Of a stretch of DNA of 64,000 nt, positions 1 to 12,522 are shown one piece after another. The notes below the pieces were generated by a model that was given only the letters and a program-made list of their open reading frames with translations, was not told the origin of the DNA and searched no databases. Source of the stretch: Pristiophorus japonicus (taxonomy: Eukaryota); NCBI RefSeq assembly GCF_044704955.1, contig NC_091982.1, positions 111,972,001 through 112,036,000 on the forward strand, written 5' to 3'. A program made the translations under genes and the position numbers. Each line of letters opens with the position of its first letter. The first letter of the stretch is position 1.

Positions 1-64
1 AGAACTCATGCTAAGAGTGGAAGCAAGTCTTCCTCGATTCCGAGGGACTGCCTATGATGATGAT
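1..64 (+). mobile_element. RTE-clade LINE 3' end with (GAT)n tail (cut by window start)
   Basis: AAGCAAGTCTTCCTCGATTCCGAGGGACTGCCTATGATGATGAT is the same terminus as the RTE copies ending at 59517 and 30240 and starting at 20270 (-). Confidence 0.85.
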
Positions 65-1377
65 ATGATGCTGCCCATGTGTGCTCAGGTTGCGCACCGG
101 AGCCATGAGCCAGGATGTCAGCCCGTGTCACCCAGTAGCCACCCTCAGGTTTGTCATGGTGGCTCAAATGTAGCTGGCACGGCGAACTGTCGCAGAATTA
201 AGGCATCATGACTGCTGCCAGGATACCAGGCATTGACCTGCATGATGCGCTGAGTATGGTCGCACACCAGCTGGACATTGGGCGAGTTCTCCGAATGGAG
301 ATGGGGCACATGGAAAGCGATGTGTGTGCAGTCAATGGCACCATGGGGAAGCCTGCTATCGAGGCAAAACCGTGTGCTTGCTCCACCTGCTTCTTTTTGG
401 CAAGTTAGAATGAAATGTATTTACTTCTCCTTGCATACAGGGCCTCACTCACCCACCATTACACAAGAGTAGACAGCGAACTGGAAGGGGTTACAGATGT
501 CTCCTGTTCTATGCTGGAAGGAGCCCGACACAAAGAAATTCATGGCCACGGTCACCTTTACAGCCACTGGCAATGGCGTCGTCACCCTGGGCTGAGGCTG
601 CGGGCCTGTCTGCAGCAGGAGGCAGAATTCAGTGAGCACAGAGTAAAACAATGACGTCACACACACACTTCCTCGCTGAGGTAGGAGAATTTCTCGCTGA
701 AGATCCTGGGTGGATATAGCCTCTTGCTAAGAGCACTTCCCCCCCTCCACCCGTCCCTCCCCCTCCTCCTCCTGCCTCTTCGAGCAGCTTGTCCTGCTCT
801 GTGTCACCTCTGCTCATTCTTCCTGTCATGCTGCAGGCCAAGGGGAATACAAACTATTGCACTATGTTTGGATCAACTGGGCTGAGCAGAAGACTTGCAA
901 GTCAGGGCCAAGTACTTGATCATGTGCTACACCACTCCATGTAGAATTTAGGCAACTTTAAAGAAGTCTAGAAAGCACCAAACACTTGTACAAACTCCGC
1001 AACAGCCAGTAGAAATCAATCTACAACTAACCTGTAAGTAGGTGGTGAGCCCTTTAAATAGTGCTGGTGGGGGCTTCTTCCTGTTGCTGAACGCATGTTC
1101 AGCTGTGGGAGGTTAAGAGAGGGTGTTAGCTCCAGTGTTGAGGTCGAAAATGGTAGCGCGGCATCAAATCAGCCTTACACACTAATTGTCATCACAATCA
1201 GCATACTCTGCATATTCAGGCGGACACTCCCAGTACCGATGCTAACACCATCACCAAAATGGCATTTGGCCCGGCCCACATCAGAAGTATGTGCGTGTTG
1301 CTCAGACGCAATTTTTGACCTAAAATGGCACCCGTAGTGCCCAGACAACAGGCACTACACGACCAAATTTTTAGCCC
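65..1377 (-). mobile_element. Degenerate PIF/Harbinger DNA transposon (HARBI1-like transposase N-terminal half)
   Basis: Minus-strand peptides PLPVAVKVTVAMNFFVSGSFQHRTGDIC (445-666) and AHGFASIAGFP (198-386), frameshifted; TIR-like end AAATTTTTAGCCC at ~1365-1377. Confidence 0.75.
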
Positions 1378-1710
1378 ATTGTGTTTTACCTGGTATAATG
1401 CATCTGTCATGAAACAGGACATTCTCTTGGGATATGGAGGTTTCGGGGAATATCAAAGTGTCCTACCTCAATATACAAAGTACACATTACCAGAATTAAA
1501 TCGCAATTATACTTTTAAATGCAAGCTCTCAATAAACTGGGAGTTTAAGAAATATTTGTTTTCTTTTAATTTTCTGAAATTCCACCTTTTTTAGTGTGAT
1601 TAAGGGGATGTGTTTAAATGTATGTGAAGTCAAAGAAAAATAATTTTACTAAACTGCATTTGATTTATAATTGTTCAGGACTGTACACAGAGAAAATAAC
1701 ACTTTTGATT

Positions 1711-4700
1711 AGCAAGAGACTCCAAGATGGTATGTTGCCTCCCTGGTGCAAGGGGCAAGGATGTCTCGGAGCGGCTGCAGAGCATTCTGAAGGGGGAGGG
1801 TGAACAGCCATCTGTCGTGGAGCATATGGGTACCAACGATATAGGTAAAAAATGGGATGAGGTCCTATGAGACGAATTTAGAGAGCTAGGAGTTAAATTA
1901 AAAAGTAGGACCTCAAAGATAGTAATCTCAGGATTGCTACCAGTGCCACGTGCTAGTCAGAGTAGGAAAAGCAGGATAGTTCAGATGAATATGTGGCTTG
2001 AGGAATGGTGCAAGAGGGAGGGATTCAAATTACTGGAACATTGGAATCAGTTCTGGGGGAGATGGGACCAGTACAAACCGGACGGTCTGCACCTGGGCAG
2101 GACCGGAACCAATGTCCTCGGTGGAGTGTTTGCTAGTGCTTTTGGGAAGGGTTTAAACTAATATGGCAGAGGGATGGGAATCTATGCAGGGAGGCAGAGG
2201 GAAGTAAAAAGGGGGCAGAAGCAAAAGGTAGGAAGCAGAAAAGTAAGAGTGGAGGGCAGAGAAATTAAGGGCGAAAATCAAAAAGAGCCACATAATTCTA
2301 AAAGGACAGAGTTTTAGGAAAAAAAGCCTGAAGGCTCTGAGTCTCAATGCGAGGAGCATTCGTAATAAGGTGGGTAAATTAACTGCGCAGATAGCTGTTA
2401 ATGGATATGATGTAATTGGGATTACGAAGACATGGCTCCAGGGTAACCAAGGCTGGAAACTCAACATCCAGGGATATTCAATATTCAGGAAGGATAGACA
2501 GTAAAGAAAAGGAGGTGGGGTAGTGTTACTGGTTAAAGAGGAGATTAATGCAATAGTAAGGAAGGACATTAGCCTGGATGATGTGGAATCTATATGGGTA
2601 GAGCTGCGAAACACCAAAGGGCAGAAAACGTTAGTGGGAGTTGTGTACAGATGAGCAAACAGTAGTAGTGAGGTTGGGGATGGCATCAAACAGGAAATTA
2701 GGGATGCATGCAATAAAGGTACAGCAGTTATCATGGGTGACTTTAATCTACATATAGATTGGGCTAACCAAACTGGTAGCAATATGGTGGAGGAGGATTT
2801 CCTGGAGTGTATCAGGGATGGTTTTCTGGACCAATATGTTGAGGAACCAACTAGAGGGCTGGCCATCCTAGACTGGGTGATGTGTAATGAGAAAGGACTA
2901 ATTACCAATCTTGTTGTGCGAGGCCCTTTGGGGAAGAATGACCATAATATGGTAGAATTCTTCATTAAGATGGAGAGTGACACAGTTAATTCAGAGACTA
3001 AGGTCCTGAACTTAAGGAAAGGTAACTTCGATGGTTTGAGGCGTGAATTGGCAAGAATAGTTTGGCGAGTGATACTTAAAGGGTTGACAGTAGATAGGCA
3101 ATGGCAGACATTTAAAGATCACATGGATGAACTACAACAATTGTATATCCCTGTCTGGCATAAAAATAAAACGGGGAAGGTGGCTCAACCATGGCTAACA
3201 AGGGAAATTAGGGATAGTGTTAAATCCAAAGAAGAGGCATATAAATTGGCCAGAAAAAGCCGCAAACCTCAGGAGAAATTTAGAATTCAGCAGAGGAGGT
3301 CTAAGGATTTAATTTGGAGGGGGAAAATAGAGTATGAGAGTAAGCTTGCAGGGAGCATAAAAACTGACTGCAAAAGCTTCTATAGAAAAGTGAAGAGAAA
3401 AAGATTAGTGAAGACTAATGTAGGTCCCTTGCAGTCAGAATCAGGTGAATTCATAATGGGGAACAAGGAAATGGCAGACCAATTGAACAAATACTTTGGT
3501 TCTGTCTTCACTAAGGAAGACACGAATAACCTCACGAAAATACTAGGGGACCGAGGGTCTAGCGAGAAGGAGGAACTGAGGGAACTGAGGGAAATACTTA
3601 TTAGTCAGGAAATGGTGCTAGGGAAATTGATGGGATTGAAGGCCGATAAAACCCCAGGGCCTAATAGTTGGCATCCCAGAGTACTTAAGGAAGTGGCCCT
3701 AGAAATAGTGGATGCACTGGTGATCATTTTCCAACAGTCTATCGATCTGGATCAGTTCCTATGGATTGGAGGGTAGCTAATGTAACCCCACTTTTTAAAA
3801 AAGGAACGAGAGAAAACACGGAATTATAGACCGGTTAGCCTGACATCGGTAATGGGGAAAATGCTGGATGTAATAGCAGCGCATTTGGAAAGCAGTGACA
3901 GGATCGGTCCAAGTCAGCATGGATTTATGAAAGGGAAACCGTGCTTGACAAATCTTCTAGAATTTTTTGAGGATGTAACGAGTAGAGTGGATAAGGGCGA
4001 ATCAGTGGATGTGGTATATATGGACTTTCAAAAGGCTTTTGACAACGTCCCACACAAGAGATTAGTGTGCAAAATTAAGGCATATGGTATTGAGGGTAAT
4101 GTATTGACATGGATAGAGAACTAGTTGGCAGACAGGAAGCAAAGAGTGGGAATAAATGGGTCCTTTTCAGAATGGCAGGCAGTGACTAGTGGGGTACCGC
4201 AAGGTTCAGTGCTGGGACCCCAGATATTTATCATATATATTAATGATTTAGACGAAAGAATTGAATGTAATATCTCCAAGTTTGCAGATGACACTAAGCT
4301 AGGTGGCAGTGTGAGCTGTGAGGAGGATGCTAAGAGGCTGCAGGGTGACTTGGACAGGTTAGGTGAGTGGGCAAATGCATGGCATGGCAGATGCAATGTA
4401 ATGCGGATAATTGTGAGGTTATCCACTTTAGTGGCAAAAACAGGAAGGCAGATTATTATCTGAATGGTGACAGATTAGTAAAAGGAGTGGTGCAACGTGA
4501 CCTGGGTATCATGGTACATCAGTCATTGAAAGTAGGCATGAGGGTACAACAGGCAGTAAAGAAAGCAAATGGAATGTTGGCATTCATAGCGAGAGGATTT
4601 GATTATAGCAACAGGGAGGTCTTACTGCAGTTGTACAGGGCCTTGGTGAGACCACACCTTGAGTATTGTGTGCAGTTTTGGTCTCCTAATCTAAAGAAGG

Positions 4701-5212
4701 ACATTCTTGCTATTGACTGAGTGCAACGAAGGTTTACCAGACTGATTCCCAGGATGGCAGGACCGACGTATGAAGAAAGACTGGATCGACTAGGCTTATA
4801 TTCACTGGAATTTAGAAGAATGAGAGGGGATCTCATAGAGGCATATAAAATTCTGATGGGATTGGACAGGTTAGATGCAGGAAGAATGTTCCCGATGTTG
4901 GGGAAGTCCAGTACTAGGGGACATAGTCTAAGGATAAGGGGTAAGCCATCTAGGACCGAGATGAGGAGAAACTTTTTTAGAGAACTGTAAACCTGTGGAA
5001 TTCTCTATCACAGAAAGTTGTTGAGTCCAGTTCATTGGATATATTCAAAAGGGGGTTAGATGTGGCCCTTATGGCTAAAGGGATCAGTGGGTATGGAAAG
5101 AAGGCAGGAGCGGGGTACTGAAGTTGCATGATCAGCCATGATCATATTGAATGGTGGTGCAGGTTTGAAGGGCCGAATGGCCTACTCCTGCACCATTTTC
5201 TATGTTTCTATG
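1711..5212 (+). mobile_element. CR1 LINE, 5'-truncated: ORF1 esterase-like C-terminus plus disrupted ORF2 (APE + RT)
   Basis: LPVPRASQSR..DGLHL (ORF1); MGDFNLHIDW (APE); [33 protein letters not shown] (RT); (TTTCTATG)n tail; stops and frameshifts. Confidence 0.95.
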
Positions 5213-5304
5213 TTGTGAGGAAGCCTCAGATGGCCCACGCTGTAACTATACAATTACCAGTAGGTTGCTTGTGCAATCTTTGCTTCCACTGCGTCTCCAA
5301 TCGA

Positions 5305-5655
5305 GGAACATAGGAGCAGGAGAAGGTCATTCAGCCCCTCGAGCCTGTTCTGTCATTCAATTAAATCATGGCTGATCTGTATCTTAACTCCATTTACCGG
5401 CCTTGGTTCCGTAACCCTTGATACCCTTACCAAACAAAATCTATCAATCTCAGCTTTGAAATTTTCCATTGACCGAGCCTCAACAGCTTTTTGGAGGAGC
5501 GACCCAGATTTCCATTAGTTTTTGCTTCCTGGCATCACCCCTAAATGGCTTAGCTCTAATTTTAAGGTAATGCCCCCTTGATCTGACCTCCCTCCCCACC
5601 AGAGGAAATAGTATCTACGCCATCTCCCCTATCAACTCCTTTGAGCAACTTCAAC
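5305..5655 (-). mobile_element. CR1 3' fragment
   Basis: GAACATAGGAGCAGGAG...TTCAGCCCCTCGAGCCTG is the reverse complement of the CR1 3' UTR/tail seen elsewhere in the window. Confidence 0.8.
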
Positions 5656-6212
5656 ACCTCATTCATTTCACCCCATTTCCTGCTCAGTCAAGTGTTGCAG
5701 CACCAAAATAACATGGTTTTGTGGAAAGTTACTCAGAGAGGGAGCTGACTAAGCTGTGAAAGCAGAAGCAATTACACGTCATGTACATCTGTAAAAAATC
5801 AGTATTGGTACAGGAACATAGGGAGCAGGGTAGCTTTACAGTTTGTGTTTGTGTAGGCATTGAACAGAGGAAGAGATTGGTAAATATTGAGGGATGGGGG
5901 TCAACTTTAGACATGATTTTGCACCTGATTCATTTTGCCCATGATTTCCCCCCATCCCCCCATCCCCCCCTCCCACCAATCCTTCCCTTCTTTACCTCTC
6001 CTTTTCTCTTCTGGCGAGATTCCAGTGCCAATCCGAATATTGGTCAAGTGTTGGCCCCTGCTTTGAAATGAGGCTGACCTGGAAGTTCATAGGAGGAGGG
6101 AGGGTGTGGTAGTCAGCTCTCATCTAATGGGAAGGGAGTTAATCCTGCTCTGCTCACCTCCCACCATGTCCATATATTTGAAACCGTGTGATGTAAATCC
6201 AAGTTCACACCG

Positions 6213-7055
6213 AGGCAGGAATTTTACCCTGGAGTAGCTCGCTGTTTGGGTTTGGGTGGAGGTGTCAACACCGCCAAATATGTGAGCGTGTCGGGAAGCC
6301 GGCACCAACCCGCCAATTTCTGCGTTAGGCTGGTTGCGTGCCACGGATCCGGGAGAGGCGGGTTACTGATTAACATATGCTAATCGCTCAATTGGAGCGA
6401 TATTTCAACTGACTTTCAAATTTAACGGCACATCCATGGGTTTCCTGGCGCTCGCCAGTGAATGCAAGGCGAGAGCAGAGTGGCTATTCAGAGGGCTGAG
6501 TCAATCTCGAGGAAATTCTGCAATAAATATTCCGTACTCGCGGCTGCATTCTTACCGAGAAAAGGGTTTGTTCAGAGTAGTTTTACTGAGAGTTTACTTT
6601 CTATACTTTGGAGGTTTTCTCAATCACACCAGGATGGATGGTGCTGAGGCTGCCTTAGATTGGACCTCGGACGAGGACCAATATGACCAGCACCAGCAGC
6701 ACCACCAGCTTGCTCTTGAGAGACCTCTCGCTAGACAACAGAGAGGGAATCTGCCGAAAGGAGGGCAGCGGAGGAGCGCAGTTCGAGCGCACCGTGACAC
6801 AGTGTGTACAGGCAGAGGCTGAATTTCCTTGACATGTTGGACATACAGACATCTGCACCCTGCTGGACCTGGTGGCCACACATTACCAGTGGCTGTCAAA
6901 GTCACCACCACCATCAAATTTCTAGTTTCCGTATCCTTCGAGGGCTCTGCCGGAGACATAGCCAGGATCTCCCAGTTGCCGGCACAGAAATGCATAAGAC
7001 AGGTGACTGATGGCTTGTTGGGCAGGGCCGGCAACTCTGTAAACTTCACCTTAGT
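6213..7055 (+). mobile_element. PIF/Harbinger fragment (transposase N-terminus)
   Basis: GPGGHTLPVAVKVTTTIKFLVSVSFEGSAGDIARISQLPAQKCIRQVTDGL resembles the HARBI1 helix-turn-helix region; TIR-like start GGCAGGAATTTT. Confidence 0.7.
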
Positions 7056-7294
7056 AAGTCGTACACTTACAATATATCCCAGTATGCTGAGAGCACACAA
7101 AATAATCACTGCTTATTTCAATTTTCCCAATTTATAACCAAACATTGTTCCTGTCTCACACAATCTTAACCCTGGCGAGGACTTCGCAAGAAGCATATGG
7201 AGCAAATGAAACTCTTCTCCCGGCATGAGGTCTGGGTCCCCACAGTCTCTCTGCAAGTCTACCGTACTTTGCAAACTGCCAAGGCTTGGCTCAA

Positions 7295-8109
7295 AGGTCA
7301 TTGGCCAGCAAGTTGGGAGATGTTGGAGATATATCCCCTCCTGAAGCCTGGAAGCAGCTGGTAGCGTAGAAGCTCAGCGCTACTGTCACCTGAACTGCCA
7401 CTGTGAGCGAAGTCCTGGTCCTGGTGTAAGGCTGGAGGTCTGCCTGCAGGAGGTGGCAGAGCTCGGTGACCACCTCCTTGCTGAATCTCAGCCTTCTTTT
7501 CAGCACTGCTCCTCCAACAGATTAATGTAGGAGAAGGGGGTAAGGCCTCCTGTTGCAACCTCTATGGGGTCTCCTCATGCCTCGCCCCACATTTCCCAGA
7601 TTCAGTCCCTGCAGCCACCGCCTAGGCAAGGTGGAGTGTCAGTACGGCCCCCATCAATGGGCACAGGGAGGAGATGCAAATGGGTTGGTAAATGCTAAGG
7701 AAAGCAATTTAATAGCCGCAGCAAGGCAAGAGCTACAAATTGTGTATGAACACTAGCTAGCACTCACTCTGACCTCTCAATGACCCGGTTGCTCATCCCT
7801 TTAAATAGCGCCCCAGCAGCGGCAGTCGCTGGTATGGACACCTGCTTTCTGTGGCGTGTTTAGTGCCAGGCAGTAAGTGAGACAAAGCAACTGAAGTTCG
7901 CGTCCGAGGCGTTAAAGGGGCGTTGCACACTCTGTAACCTCACGATCTGTGGAACGCTACAGGGTGAGGTGCTAACTGTTAGCGCCACCGCTAATACTCA
8001 ACTGAAGATCACGCAAAATTTTCCGCACCCGGGCAGTAAGCCATTAGCGACGTTTTACCACCTCGTCCGAGCGCTAACGGGTGGTGCTAACCAATTGAAT
8101 TTCTAGCCC
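7295..8109 (-). mobile_element. PIF/Harbinger fragment (transposase N-terminus), convergent with the previous one
   Basis: RRLRFSKEVVTELCHLLQADLQP..SLTVAVQVTVALSFYATSCFQ; TIR-like end GAATTTCTAGCCC at ~8097-8109. Confidence 0.75.
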
Positions 8110-8134
8110 ATTAATGATTCCTTTAAAAAACATC

Positions 8135-8372
8135 AAAGAAGTCTTCCATTTATATAGCGCCTTTCACGACCTCAGAGCACCCCAAAGCGCTTTACAGCCA
8201 ATGAAATACTATTGAAGTGTAGTCACTGTTGTAATGTGGGAAATGCAGCAGCCAATTTTTGCACAGTAGCTCTCAAAAACATCAATGTGATAATAATCGG
8301 GTAATCTGTTTTAGCAATATTGGTTGAGGGATTAATGTTGGTCTGGACACCGGGGAGAACTCCCCTGCTCTT
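8135..8372 (-). mobile_element. Deu-domain SINE (SacSINE1/AmnSINE-like), 3' half
   Basis: Reverse complement of the 3' half of the full-length copy at 32364-32815 (AAAGGCGCTATATAAATG tail). Confidence 0.75.
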
Positions 8373-8629
8373 AACTGCTTTTAATGTGCTGTAAATGCCA
8401 AAGTTGGGTAACAGCAAGGAACAGGCTCTAATTCTCCTCCTCCCCTCATCGCTTCTCCTCTTGGCATGTTCCCAGGGACAAACTCAGCAGGAGCATGCTG
8501 AAACATTTAAATTGGGCTTAACCCAGAAAAATTCACCAGAGTCAACAGCATATCTGTTGGACTGGGTCTTCCAGAGGAATTGTTAGGTCATTAATGCAAA
8601 AATATATAATTTTATTAAGCTACATAACC

Positions 8630-8830
8630 ACCAGCCTTTCACCCGTGAGGCCTGGGTTCAAATCCATCTTGTCCTGGTGGGATCAATGTCTGCTCTCTCC
8701 GCTGGTTGTAAAACTCGTCTGTGGCTCAGTTTATGTATGATGGCTACCATCAGCAGTCAGGGGAGACATTTGTCCCCTCGGGCTGTGGTGAAGTTGAACC
8801 CAAGTTCTAGGAATGGCAACGCACTGTGTT
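8630..8830 (+). mobile_element. Old tRNA-derived SINE remnant (LF-SINE-like head)
   Basis: AGCCTTTCACCCGTGAGGCCTGGGTTCAAATCC contains a B box; family assignment is from memory and weak. Confidence 0.35.
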
Positions 8831-9095
8831 TGTCTGCCTCCATTAATGTTAAATATGTAAATCTAGATCTCTCATTTGAATGTAATTTTCATTTCAGTAT
8901 ACAGCATACAGTACTCCTATTGTGCATTTCTGGGTTTAAATCACAAGGTTGAGCACTTTTTTTCTGGAATGTGGCCATCACTGGCAAGGCCAGCATTTAT
9001 TGCCCATCCCTAATTGTCCTTGAGAAGGTAGTGGTGAACCGCCTTTTTCAACAGCTGCAGTCCCAGTGGCGAAGGTATTCCCACAGAGCTGTTAA

Positions 9096-9447
9096 ATGCA
9101 GGAAGAATGTTCTCGATGTTGGGGAAGTCCAGAACCAGGGGACACAGTCTAAGGATAAGGGGTAAGCCATTTAGGACTGAGATGAGGAGAAACTTCTTCA
9201 TTCAGAGAGTTGTTAACCTGTGGAATTCCGTACCGCAGAGAGTTGTTAATGCCAGTTTGTTGGATATATTCAAGAGGGAGTTAGATTTGGCCCTTACGGC
9301 TAAAGGGATCAAGGGGTATGGAGAGAAAGCAGGAAAGGGGTACTGAGGTGAATGATCAGCCATGATCTTATTGAATGGTGGTGCAGGCTCGAAGGGCCGA
9401 ATGGCCTACTCCTGCACCTATTTTCTATGTTTCTATGTTTCTATGTT
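9096..9447 (+). mobile_element. CR1 3' fragment nested in family B LINE
   Basis: LGKSRTRGHSLRIRGKPFRTEMRRNFF; (TTTCTATG)3 tail; TGTTA repeated at both junctions; host sequence resumes at ~9448. Confidence 0.9.
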
Positions 9448-10267
9448 AGAGAGGGAGATCCAGGATATTGACTCAGCGACGATGAAGGAACGACGATATA
9501 ATTCCAAGTCAGGATGGTGCGTAACATGGTGAGGAACTTGCAGGTGATGGTGTTCCCATTCGCCTGCTACCCTTATCTTTCTAGGTGGTAGAGGTCGGGG
9601 GTTTTGGAGGTGCTGTTGAAGAAGCCTTGGCGAGTTGCTGCATTGCATCTTGTAAATGGAACACAGTGCAGACACGGTACGCCAGTGGTGGAGGGAGTGA
9701 ATGTTTAAGGTGGTGGATGGGGCACCGATTAAGCGGGTTGCTTTGTCCTGGATGGTGTTGAGCTTCTTGAGTGTTATAGGAGCTGGAGCTGCACTCATCC
9801 AGGCAACCAGAGAGTATTCCCTCATACTCCTGAGTTGCGCCTCACCGATTGTGGAAAGGCTTTGAGGAGTCAGGAGGGGAGACACTCGTCGCAGACTACC
9901 CAGCCTCTGACCTGCTCTTGTGGCCACATTAATTATGTGGCTGATCCAGTTATGTTTCTGGTCAATGGTGATCCCCAAGATGTTGATGGTGGGGGATTCA
10001 GCAATGGTAATGCCGTTGTGGAGATAGTCATTGCCTGGCACTTGTGTGGCGCGAATATTAATTGAAACTTATCAGCCCAAGCCTGAATGTCGTCCAGGTC
10101 TTGCTGCATGCAGGCATGGGCTGCTCCATTATCTGAGGAGTTGCAAATGGAACTGAACACTGTGCACTCATCAGTGAACTTCCCCACTTTTGACCTTACG
10201 ATGGAGGGAAGGTCATTGATGAAGCAGCTGAAGATGGTTGGGCCTAGGACACTGCCCTGAAGAACTC

Positions 10268-11604
10268 AGTCCATTATTAAGGAAGCAGTAGCGGGACATT
10301 TGGAAAACTATGATTCAATCAAGCAGAGTCAGCATGGTTTATGAAAGGGAAAGCATGTTTGACAAATTTACTGGAGCACTCTGAAGATGTAACAAGCAGG
10401 GTGGATAAGGGGGAACCAGTGGATGTGGTGTATTTGGATTTCCAGAAGGCATTCAATAAGGTACCACATAAGAGGTTACTGCACAAATAAAAGCTCACAG
10501 GGTTGGGGGTAATATATTAGCATGGATAGAGGATTGGCTAACTAGCAGAAAAGAGAGTGTCGGGATAAATGGGTCATTATCCGGTTGCCAAACAGTGACT
10601 AGTGGGGTGTCGCAGGGATCAGTGCTGGGTCCTCAAATATTTACAATCTATATTAATGACTTGGGTGAAGGGACTGAGTGTAATGTAGCCATGTTTGCTG
10701 ATGATACAAAGCTGGGTGGGAACCAAAAGTGAGGACACAGAAAATCTGCAAAGGGATATAGACAGGCTAAGTGAGTGGGCAAACATTTGGCAGATGGAGT
10801 ATAATGTGGGAAAATGTGAGGTTACCCACTTTGGCAGTAAAAATAGAAGAGGAAATTATAATTTAAATGGAGAAAAATTGCAAAGTGCTGGAATACAGAG
10901 GGACCTGGGGGTCCTTGTGCATGAAACACAAAAAGTGAGTATGCAGGTACAGCAAGTAATCAGCAAGGCAAATGGAATGCTGGCCTTTATTGCAAGGGGG
11001 ATAGAGTATAAAAACAGAGAAGTCCTGCTACAACTGTACAGGGTATTGGTGATGCCACACCTGGCGTACTGCATACAGTTTTAGTCTCCGTATTTAAGGA
11101 AGGAGAAACTTGCATTGGAGGCTGTTCAGAGATTAGGTTCACTAGGTTGATTCTGGAGATGAGGGGGTTGACTTATGAGGATAGATTGAATAAGCTGGGC
11201 CTATACACATTGGAGTTCAGAAGAATGAGAGGTGATCTTATTGAAATTTAGAAGTTAATGAGGGGGCTCGAAAAGGTGGATGCAGAGAGGATATTTCCAC
11301 CCATAGAGGAAACTAAAACTCGGGGACATAAGGGGCCGCCTATTTAAAATTGACATGAGGAGAAATTTCTTCCTTCAGAGAGTTGTAAATCTATGGAATT
11401 CTCTGCCCCAGATAGCTGTGGAGGCTAGGTCATTGAATATATTTAAGGTGGAGATAATCAGATTTTTGAGCGATAAGGGAGTAAAGGGTTATGGGGAGCG
11501 AGCAGGGAAGTGGAGCTGAGTCCATGATCAGATCAACCATGATCTTATTGAATGGCAGAGCAGGCTCAAGGGGCCAAATGGCCTACTCCTGCTCTTATTT
11601 CTTA
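10268..11604 (+). mobile_element. CR1 RT/3' fragment (subfamily with TTCTTAT tail)
   Basis: Decayed RT (QHG, DFQKAF, FADD regions); 3' UTR GGGAAGTGGAGCTGAGTCCATGATCAG. Confidence 0.9.
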
Positions 11605-12522
11605 TATCTCGAAGTTTGCAGATGACACTAAGCTGGGTGGCGTTGTGAGCTGTGAGGAGGACGCTAAGAGGCTGCAGGTGACTTGGACAGGTTAGGTGAG
11701 TGGGCAAATGCATGGCAGATGCAGTATAATGTGGATAAATGTGAGGTTATCCACTTTGGTGGCAAAAACAGGAAGAATATTATCTGAATGGTGACAGATT
11801 AGGTAAAGGGGAGGTGCATTGGGACCTGGGTGTCATGGTACATCAGTCATTGAAGTTTGGCATACAGGTACAGCAGGCGGTGAAGAAGGCAAATGGCATG
11901 TTGGCCTTCATAGCTAGAGGATTTGAGTATAGGAGCAGGGAGGTCTTACTGCAGTTGCACAGAGCTTTGGTGAGGCCACACCTGGAATATTGTGTTCAGT
12001 TTTGGTCTCCAAATCTGAGGAAGGACGGTCTTGCTATTGAGGGAGTACAGCGAAGGTTCACCAGATTGATTCCCGGGATGGCCGGACTGACATATGAGGA
12101 GAGACTGGATCAACTGGGCTTGTATCCACTGGAGAGGATCTCATAGAAACATATAAAATTCTGACAGGATTGGACAGGTTAGAGGCAGGAAGAATGTTCC
12201 TGTTGCTGGGGGGTTCCAGAACCAGAGGTCACAGTCTAAGAATAAGGGGTAAGCCATTTAGGACTGAGATGAGGAGAAACTTCTTCACTCAGAGAGTGGT
12301 TAACCTGTGGAATTCTCTATCGCAGAAAGTTGTTGAGGCCAGTTTGTTAGATATATTTAAAAGGGAGGTAGATGTAGCCCTTATGGCCAAAGGGATCAAG
12401 GGGTATGGAGAGAAAGCAGGAAAGGGGTACTGAGGTTGAATGATCAGCCATGATCTTATTGAATGGTGGTGCAGGCTCGAGGGGTCGAATGGCCTGCTCC
12501 TGCACCTATTTTCTATGTTTCT
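11605..12522 (+). mobile_element. CR1 RT/3' fragment (subfamily with TTTCTATG tail), tandem with the previous copy
   Basis: Starts at AAGTTTGCAGATGACACTAAG (KFADDTK); VRPHLEYCVQFWSP; AACTC repeated at 10263-10267 and 12523-12527 around the pair. Confidence 0.9.

Noticed and set aside
198-666. Host HARBI1 gene
   Set aside because: Frameshifted fragments, with several divergent TIR-associated copies in the window.
2153-2983. 276-aa minus-strand ORF, and similar antisense ORFs such as 52773-53480
   Set aside because: Shadow frames antisense to CR1 ORF2.
6213-8109. One large Harbinger element bounded by TIRs
   Set aside because: It holds two different transposase N-termini in opposite orientations and the ends match poorly; better explained as two fragments.
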